Source: Verrucomicrobiales bacterium (GTDB lineage: Bacteria > Verrucomicrobiota > Verrucomicrobiia > Verrucomicrobiales > V1-33). From it: 13,496 nucleotides of DNA. Below the pieces are notes generated by a model. It searched no databases, had not been told where the DNA came from, and worked only from the letters and a program-made list of their open reading frames with translations. The stretch is taken from contig JANOAV010000136.1 in the NCBI GenBank assembly GCA_031411295.1, positions 1 through 13,496 on the forward strand, given 5' to 3'. The translations under genes were made by a program, and so were the position numbers. Within the stretch, counting starts at the first letter, position 1, and every line of letters begins with the position of its first letter. Below, piece by piece: positions 7,463 through 13,496 of this stretch.

Positions 7463-7703
7463 ATGGCCGCAGGCATCAACGTTCGATTCGCGGGACCGCT
7501 GCAACGGTTTATTCAATCACGCACAGGTCCTGGTGGCTTTTATCAGTCCGCCAGTGAATACATCCGTGACCTTGTTCGCCACGACTTCGAGAAGGAGGGA
7601 GCTGCAGGCGGGAGCAGAGGCTGCCACGAGCGAGTTCGTTCCGCTGGATATAGAAGCGACTATCAAAGCAGCCAAGCAGCGCAAAGGCAAAGATTCACGA
7701 TGA
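7463..7703 (+). pseudogene. parD: Frameshifted ParD-like RHH antitoxin
   Basis: N-half MAAGINVRF...GFYQSASEYIRDLVRHDFEKE; C-half ELQAGAEAATSEFVPLDIEATIKAAKQRK* is in another frame and ends in an ATGA overlap with the toxin; break near 7590-7600. Confidence 0.8.
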
Positions 7704-8032
7704 AGCAGCTTCTGGTTTACAAGCCAGCCCAAATACGCCTTGCCGAAATCTGGGACTACACGCTCGAAAAATGGGGAGAAGAACAGGCTGATAGCTCTCT
7801 GCGCGGGCTTGGGGTCTGCATGAATGGCATCGCCTCCCAGCGTCATCTGTGGTGCAGCGTCCAAGACAAGCGGCTTTCTGGCGTTTTCTTCGTCCGGTAT
7901 CGTCATCACTTCATTTTCCTTCGGGAAATGGGGGAGCAAATTGCGGTAATCAGTATTCTGCATGAGAACATGGACATCGTTCAGCGACTCAGGCAGGATG
8001 CGGCCGAACCTTTGAGCTGTCGTGCGTGCTGA
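7700..8032 (+). CDS. parE: ParE-family toxin
   Basis: A..RLAEIWDYTLEKWGEEQAD and C-terminal HHFIF....IAVISILHENMD are ParE1-type motifs. Confidence 0.88.
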   Translation: MKQLLVYKPAQIRLAEIWDYTLEKWGEEQADSSLRGLGVCMNGIASQRHLWCSVQDKRLSGVFFVRYRHHFIFLREMGEQIAVISILHENMDIVQRLRQDAAEPLSCRAC

Positions 8033-8050
8033 GACGAGGTGTATTTTCAG

Positions 8051-8079
8051 TTGAAGGAAGAATGGTTGAGATGTAGCGT
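8051..8079 (+). promoter_or_regulatory. Putative promoter of the second TA module (leaderless geometry)
   Basis: TTGAAG-17 nt-TAGCGT, then 7 nt to ATG 8087. Confidence 0.45.
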
Positions 8080-8086
8080 CCTCCTC

Positions 8087-8311
8087 ATGATACTAGAACA
8101 ATTTCCAGACGTCCAACTCCTCTCAGCAAGTGAGAAATTGCTTTTTGTTAGTGAGCTGTGGAATGATTTGGAGCAACACCCGTCTGAAGTTCCAGTGGCG
8201 CGTGAGGTGCTGGATGAACTTGACCGCCGAATTGATCATTTCGCAGCAAATCCAGACCAATTTACTACTTGGGAGGCGACACAGAAGCGCCTATTGGGGA
8301 GCGCCCTATGA
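8087..8311 (+). CDS. Addiction module antitoxin (TIGR02574-like)
   Basis: LSASEKLLFVSELWNDL...ELDRR...TTWE pattern; ATGA overlap with the toxin. Confidence 0.85.
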   Translation: MILEQFPDVQLLSASEKLLFVSELWNDLEQHPSEVPVAREVLDELDRRIDHFAANPDQFTTWEATQKRLLGSAL

Positions 8312-8619
8312 TGGATCTAATTCTGCTGCTGTCAGCCGACCTGGACATACAAGCAGCATTTAACCGTTATGAAAATTACCAACCCGGGCGAGGGGAAGTC
8401 TTCTTAGGCAAGCTCAATGATGCATTCGGAGTGCTAAAGCGGCATCCGCAGATGGGTTCTCCCTATGCCGCCAAGCACCGTCGTATGTTGATGCGAGATT
8501 TTCCCTATGGGATCTTCTACATGGTAACGCCCACGAGACTGGTGGTAGTTGCGGTTTTGGATCTACGGCAAAATCCGCGCAGTATTACAAAGAGAATTTC
8601 GGGGCGATTCGGTGACTAA
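8308..8619 (+). CDS. RelE/ParE-family toxin
   Basis: A..DIQAAF..YE...GRGEVF...HPQMG...RRMLMRDFPYGIFY...VVVAVLDLRQNP. Confidence 0.88.
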   Translation: MMDLILLLSADLDIQAAFNRYENYQPGRGEVFLGKLNDAFGVLKRHPQMGSPYAAKHRRMLMRDFPYGIFYMVTPTRLVVVAVLDLRQNPRSITKRISGRFGD

Positions 8620-8620
8620 A

Positions 8621-8641
8621 TCAACCGTCAAACGTCAATCG
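8621..8641. repeat. Degenerate heptamer tandem repeat
   Basis: TCAACCG TCAAACG TCAATCG between the convergent toxin and hrpA stops. Confidence 0.5.
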
Positions 8642-8679
8642 CTGCCCAGCCACATGTCTCTCCCCCAGCAAAACCATCC

Positions 8680-11600
8680 TCACAGTTCCAGAATCGCATC
8701 AATGCGCTTGGGAGAAACGGTCTGGGCGGTTCCCAGTTCTGGTGCGAAGATGCTGACGCGGTATTCCTCGAACATCCAGCGGAGCGTTTCGTGGTGCTCG
8801 GGTTTGGCTTCGGTGCGCCAGTTAGCATACTGTGCGATGGCCTGGTATTTGTCCGCGTCCTTGGCGGGATTCAAGTGGGCGCGTTCGCCTCGGATGAGCA
8901 TGGCTTTGAGGTAGCGGGGTAAGTGCGGGAGTTGAGCGGGTGGGGTTTTGGCCAGGAAATCCGGCGGCAGTAGGCGCTGCAAATCGGCCTCCCAGTTGGC
9001 GTAGCGTTTGGTGGCGGCCATGATTTGGGTGCGCATGGCGAAACATTGTTTCGTTAGTTCTTCAACTTTTCGGGCCATGGGCGTGAACGATGCCTTGGCT
9101 CCATCCACGAGTGTTTGGAAACGTTCGGCAGTGAGTGGACGCAGTGGTTCCAGTTGCAGGCACGCCCGCAAAATGTGCTCCAGCGCGGACTCCCGCAGCA
9201 CGTCCGTGGTGAACACCGGGTGGCCTTTGGTGCTTTGCAGTTGGCTGCCTAACTGGCCCAGCGCATCGTGGAAATTTCCTGCACTGCCGCTGGGTTTCGC
9301 GGCCGGGACGGACAACACACGCAACTCCCGATCCAGCCAAGCCACTTCTTTTCCCAACGCCCATTCCGCCAACTGACGCACCGCAGCAGGAGCCGTTGCG
9401 TCGGCCTCCCGGGCTGATTTGAAGAGTTGCAGGCTTACTGTTCCCTTCTGGAAACCGAGCCCGGGATATCCATAAACGTCCACCCCACCAAGCGTTTCCA
9501 CGAACACTTTCTCCGGCAAATCGCCAAACGACCACGTGCGCAAATCCGGTTGGGCCCACTTGGCTAACATCGTGGACCAAGCGCTGGTGCGGACTTCGTG
9601 TTTCTTCACCTCTGCACGAATGGCGGCCACGCTTCGGCTGCTGGCAATGGTTTGCTGTTTGTGATCCACCACTTCCACGCGCGTTTGCAGATACTCCGGC
9701 ATGCAATCCTCCGGCCAGTCCGACGCCTGCACCGCCACATCGAAATGCTTCGTGATATAAGCCGCCAGGGCCGTTAGGAAATCCTGGGTGCCAGGCGAAA
9801 AATTTGCCGCAATGTCGTCCATCTTCGCTTCCATCGGCAGTAATTGCCGACGCTGCGTCTTCGGTAATGATCGCAACAGCACGCCCGCCAACTCCCGTCG
9901 CAGGCCGGGCACCAGCCATTGGACTTGGCCGCTGGTGAGGTGTTGCGCGACATCCAATGGAATCTGCACCGTCACGCCATCATGCGAGTGGCCGGGATTG
10001 TAGGAGTATTGCACCGGCAGCACACTGTTTCCTAACTTTACTTCATCGGGAAACTGTTTACTGGCTTCGCTTAGGTCATCGTGCGGCAGCAGATCGGTAT
10101 CCGAGGCGCGCAGGAAATGCGGATCGTGCTGACCCTGCTCTTTACAAACACGATTCAAATCATGCACCGAAGAAACGCCGTCTAACTGTGAGGCATAGAA
10201 ATCAAACAAGCGCTCCGCAATCTCATGTCGACGTTTCCCGGCCCGTGCCAGCATGGCTTCCAGCTTGCGACACAGCCGCAGGTTGGCGATCGCAAACGGT
10301 TGGGTCACAGGCGATAAATCCTCCAGCAAGGCATGGCGAATAAACATCGCGGTGGCTTCACTGGCGTTGATCTTCCCATAGTCCACCCGACTCCGCCGCA
10401 GCTCCAATCCATGCAGCAGCAAGCGTTCTGTGACGAGCACCCGTCCCGACTTCGCCTCCCATTCAGGATCGCCATACCGATGCTCCAGCAAATGCGCCCC
10501 TAACGTGACGACCCAATTCGGATCAATCCCCGCCACGGTGCGCGCGAACAATTGTGAGGTATGCACAATTTCTCCCGCCACAATCCACTGGGGTTGTTTG
10601 GTCTTGGCGGGTGCCTGGCCTTTCTTATCGCGCTTCTCAGCCAAACACGATCCAGGAAATATCACAATCTCCCGATTCCCTGCGCCCTTGTAAATATTGC
10701 GTTCGTGCCGCAGGCCAATCTGACTCAGCGAGGCCGCCAAAATGCAACGATGCACCGCATGTGCGCCCATTTCATCCGGTAACGTGAAGGCCTCCGGTCC
10801 CTTGTAACTCATGGCATCCGTGAGTTGCGCATGGATGTCCCGCCACTCGCGCATGCGGGTGAAGCTGAGGAAATTTTGTTTGCAGAACTTGCGCAGGGCA
10901 TTGCTGGACTTCCATACCTTGGCATCGTGGGCCGCTTCCCAGATGCGCAGCAGTGCCAGGAAATCTGACCCTGGCACGATGAACGCCCGATGCGCATTCG
11001 CAGCCTGCTCACGCGCTTCCTCCGGCCTCTCGCGAGGATCCGGCACGCTGAGACCAGCGGCTATGACCAACATTTCTGCCAGCTTCTTCTCATGTCGGGC
11101 TTCCAACAACATGCGTCCTAACGTGGGATCCAACGGCAGGCGCGCCAACTCCCGGCCTTGTGCCGTCAGCATTTCCGTGTCATCCAGCGCGCCCAATTCA
11201 TGCAGCAACGCATAGCCTGCGCGAATACTGGCGGGCAGTGGCGGGTTCAGGAAGGGAAAATTTTCAATCTCGCCTAACTTGAACGCCTTCATCCGCAGAA
11301 TGACTTCCGCCAAGTTCGCTCGCTGGATTTCCGGCATCGTGAATGCAGGTCGCTGGGAGAAGTCCAACTCGCTGTATAACCGAATGCACACACCGTCACT
11401 CAAGCGTCCAGCCCGCCCGGCTCGTTGGTTGGCACTGCTTTGCGCTACGCGTTCCACGGGCAGACGTTTCGTCCGCGTGCGGGCCGCGTATCGGCTGATG
11501 CGTGCCAGTCCCGTGTCAACCACGAACTTAATGCGAGGCAGCGTTAGGGACGTTTCTGCAATGTTTGTGGCCAGAATCACACGCCGTAATCGCCCGGGGT

Positions 11601-12432
11601 TGAAGACACGTTGTTGCTCGGCGGAAGCCATGCGACCGAAGAGCGTGACAATTTCCACGCCCCGTCCTAACCGCCCTTCGATGACATCGCGTGCTTCGCG
11701 AATGTCACGCTCAGTGGGAAAGAAGACGAGGATATCGCCATCGGCTGATTCCAGCAACGCGTCCTCCACAGCTTGGGCGGCGACTTCAATGAAATCGCCA
11801 TCCTCGCCATCGAAATATTCACTGGGAGCATAGCGAATTTCGACCGGATACAAGCGACCGGAAACTTCAATGATGGGAGCGCCCCCGAAGGCCTCGGAGA
11901 AGGCCTGCGTGTCGATGGTGGCGGAGGTGATGATGAGTTTCAACTCGGGTCGTTTCTTCAACAGCCCCTGAAAGTAGCCCAGCAGGAAATCAATATTTAA
12001 CGAGCGCTCATGCGCTTCATCAATGATCAGCGCTGAGTAAGCGCGCAGCATGGGATCCGACTGAATTTCCGCCAAGAGAATCCCATCGGTCATGAATTTG
12101 AGCACGGTGTCGCTGCCGGTGTCATCATTGAAACGCATCTTACAGCCGACCGCACGTCCCCATGGCACATTCAACTCTTCCGCCACGCGTTGGGAAATAC
12201 TCATGGCCGCCACGCGTCGAGGCTGGGTGCAGCCGATGCGTCCATTCGCCCCGAAGCCAGCCTCCAGGCACATCTTCGGCAACTGGGTGGTTTTGCCCGA
12301 TCCCGTTTCCCCCGCGACGATTACCACTTGGTGCGCTCGCATCGCGTCCAGAATCCGGCCACGCTGCTGAGAGATCGGCAGGTCTTCCGGATAGCGGATA
12401 TTGGTAAAGCTGGGATGCGTGGCAAGGTTCAT
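8680..12432 (-). CDS. hrpA: ATP-dependent DEAH-box RNA helicase HrpA
   Basis: GETGSGKTTQLPK, TQPRRVAA, DEAHER, SAT, TNIAETSLT, QRAGRAGR; HrpA-type C-terminal domain ending RWMFEEYRVSIFAPELGTAQTVSPKR; 1250 aa. Confidence 0.97.
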   Translation of the reverse strand: MNLATHPSFTNIRYPEDLPISQQRGRILDAMRAHQVVIVAGETGSGKTTQLPKMCLEAGFGANGRIGCTQPRRVAAMSISQRVAEELNVPWGRAVGCKMRFNDDTGSDTVLKFMTDGILLAEIQSDPMLRAYSALIIDEAHERSLNIDFLLGYFQGLLKKRPELKLIITSATIDTQAFSEAFGGAPIIEVSGRLYPVEIRYAPSEYFDGEDGDFIEVAAQAVEDALLESADGDILVFFPTERDIREARDVIEGRLGRGVEIVTLFGRMASAEQQRVFNPGRLRRVILATNIAETSLTLPRIKFVVDTGLARISRYAARTRTKRLPVERVAQSSANQRAGRAGRLSDGVCIRLYSELDFSQRPAFTMPEIQRANLAEVILRMKAFKLGEIENFPFLNPPLPASIRAGYALLHELGALDDTEMLTAQGRELARLPLDPTLGRMLLEARHEKKLAEMLVIAAGLSVPDPRERPEEAREQAANAHRAFIVPGSDFLALLRIWEAAHDAKVWKSSNALRKFCKQNFLSFTRMREWRDIHAQLTDAMSYKGPEAFTLPDEMGAHAVHRCILAASLSQIGLRHERNIYKGAGNREIVIFPGSCLAEKRDKKGQAPAKTKQPQWIVAGEIVHTSQLFARTVAGIDPNWVVTLGAHLLEHRYGDPEWEAKSGRVLVTERLLLHGLELRRSRVDYGKINASEATAMFIRHALLEDLSPVTQPFAIANLRLCRKLEAMLARAGKRRHEIAERLFDFYASQLDGVSSVHDLNRVCKEQGQHDPHFLRASDTDLLPHDDLSEASKQFPDEVKLGNSVLPVQYSYNPGHSHDGVTVQIPLDVAQHLTSGQVQWLVPGLRRELAGVLLRSLPKTQRRQLLPMEAKMDDIAANFSPGTQDFLTALAAYITKHFDVAVQASDWPEDCMPEYLQTRVEVVDHKQQTIASSRSVAAIRAEVKKHEVRTSAWSTMLAKWAQPDLRTWSFGDLPEKVFVETLGGVDVYGYPGLGFQKGTVSLQLFKSAREADATAPAAVRQLAEWALGKEVAWLDRELRVLSVPAAKPSGSAGNFHDALGQLGSQLQSTKGHPVFTTDVLRESALEHILRACLQLEPLRPLTAERFQTLVDGAKASFTPMARKVEELTKQCFAMRTQIMAATKRYANWEADLQRLLPPDFLAKTPPAQLPHLPRYLKAMLIRGERAHLNPAKDADKYQAIAQYANWRTEAKPEHHETLRWMFEEYRVSIFAPELGTAQTVSPKRIDAILEL

Positions 12433-12555
12433 GTGCGGCCCTGTCCATGCGGTGGAATGGCAGGGGCGTCAAGCGGGCGCGGAGTGCGTAGAAGTCATTT
12501 GTTATTTGGGATTTCCTCTGTTAAGAGCCTGCACGGCTCCACCTTCTTGCACCCA

Positions 12556-12951
12556 ATGTCCTTTCCTCCATTCCGCTATCTGGCGCGGCTCACCACGGGT
12601 CGCCTTATTCTATGGTGCTACGCCATTTGGTATGTGGTTAATGTGACGCTGCATTTCGATGCGCGCCCCCGGTTGTGGATGACTTCGATGGGGCTCAGTT
12701 TGATCATCGGTGTGGCGCTGGTGTTGAGCACGCGTGCGTCCATTGCCGGGACCACAAAGTTGGACGGATGGCAGACCTTTCGGCTTTTCCTCATGCCATT
12801 CTGCGTGTCGAGTTTTGCGGCGTTGGTGAAAGATGCTGGCTATCTGCTGATCTTCCCTCCGTTGCTCAGCGAGAACTTGATAGGGCTGGGAGCCATTGCG
12901 GCTTTTTTGGGCGTGGTGGCGATGTTGCGGCGGATGGATTCACGACCCTAG
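12556..12951 (+). CDS. Hypothetical membrane protein, about 4 TM (131 aa)
   Basis: Four hydrophobic segments from ATG 12556; divergent from hrpA. The longer track ORF overlaps hrpA. Confidence 0.75.
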   Translation: MSFPPFRYLARLTTGRLILWCYAIWYVVNVTLHFDARPRLWMTSMGLSLIIGVALVLSTRASIAGTTKLDGWQTFRLFLMPFCVSSFAALVKDAGYLLIFPPLLSENLIGLGAIAAFLGVVAMLRRMDSRP

Positions 12952-12965
12952 TTCTGCCTTGGATC

Positions 12966-13496
12966 TCAAGCCCCCGCGCCCCCACCATGGGCATCCATCC
13001 CCATGATGGAAAAGATGCGATCTCGGGCAGCCAGATAACCGGGGGAGTCGAGGTCACGCGGGCGGGGGAGATCAATCCGGACTTCTTCAGCAATGGTGGC
13101 GGGGCGTTTCGTCATGACGAGCACACGATCGGCTAGTTGGACAGCTTCCTCGATGTCGTGGGTCACGAAGAGAATGGTTTTCTTTTCGGCCTGCCAGATG
13201 CGGATGAGATCGGCACGCATTTTTAGACGTGTTAGGAAATCCAGCGCTCCAAAGGGTTCATCCATATAAAGCACCCGGGCGTCGGCGGCCAGGGCGCGGG
13301 CGATTTCTACGCGCTGGCGCATTCCTCCGCTGAGTTCGCGCGGGTAGGAGCGCTCGAAGCCGGTGAGGCCGACCATGGCGGTGTAGTGTTTGACGCGTTC
13401 GTCGCGCTCTGCGGCGGGGCGGGAGAGCAGGCCGAAGCCGATGTTTTGCTCGACGGTGAGCCACGGGAAAACGCCGTTTTCCTGGAAGACGAAGAT
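12966..13496 (-). CDS. ABC transporter ATP-binding protein, TauB/SsuB/NrtD type (5' partial)
   Basis: Open from the window edge: VFQENGVFPWLTVEQNI, LSGGMRQR, YMDEPFGALD, FVTHDIEEAV, IDLPRPR. Confidence 0.95.
   Translation of the reverse strand: MFVFQENGVFPWLTVEQNIGFGLLSRPAAERDERVKHYTAMVGLTGFERSYPRELSGGMRQRVEIARALAADARVLYMDEPFGALDFLTRLKMRADLIRIWQAEKKTILFVTHDIEEAVQLADRVLVMTKRPATIAEEVRIDLPRPRDLDSPGYLAARDRIFSIMGMDAHGGGAGA

Larger units (their letters stand above)
2499..8732. mobile_element. Putative genomic island at the hrpA 3' end
   Basis: Bounded by the two hrpA-tail copies; contains RAYT, ECF operon, IS remnant and two TA modules; no tyrosine or serine integrase inside. Confidence 0.6.

Noticed and set aside
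7463..8032. 189-aa ORF as an evolved natural fusion gene
   Set aside because: The antitoxin C-terminal half and its ATGA overlap persist in another frame, which points to a recent frameshift.
7361..8039. AGACGAGG direct repeat upstream of both TA modules
   Set aside because: Only 8 bp and at different distances from the promoters; compatible with chance.
8822..12407. Alternative-frame and antisense ORFs inside hrpA (likewise inside the serpin, RAYT and ECF operon)
   Set aside because: Shadow ORFs expected in GC-rich DNA; no recognisable motifs.
12190..12555. N-terminal extension of the 253-aa ORF
   Set aside because: Overlaps hrpA antisense; protein-like sequence begins at ATG 12556.
1..13496. 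CRISPR array, integron attC array, tRNA/rRNA or integrase
   Set aside because: I saw no regularly spaced repeat-spacer units, attC-like sites, structural RNA signatures or tyrosine/serine recombinase motifs.

Overview
GC-rich bacterial window; the gene families and absence of Shine-Dalgarno motifs suggest Verrucomicrobia/PVC (inference). The right part looks like core genome: a partial ABC ATPase, a small membrane protein and the DEAH helicase hrpA. Downstream of hrpA is an accessory region with two type II TA modules (one with a frameshifted ParD), a decayed IS701-like element sitting at the foot of a REP hairpin, a four-gene ECF sigma/anti-sigma/secreted protein/PDZ operon and a RAYT-like HUH (Y1) transposase. 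Main observation: the last 53 nt of hrpA (8680-8732) recur as a diverged direct repeat at 2499-2551, with mostly synonymous differences, in frame with and overlapping the RAYT stop codon. This delimits a ~6.1 kb island with no integrase at the hrpA 3' end. Left of it lie a truncated nucleotidyltransferase-like remnant, an orphan, a secreted serpin and an inverted REP doublet.
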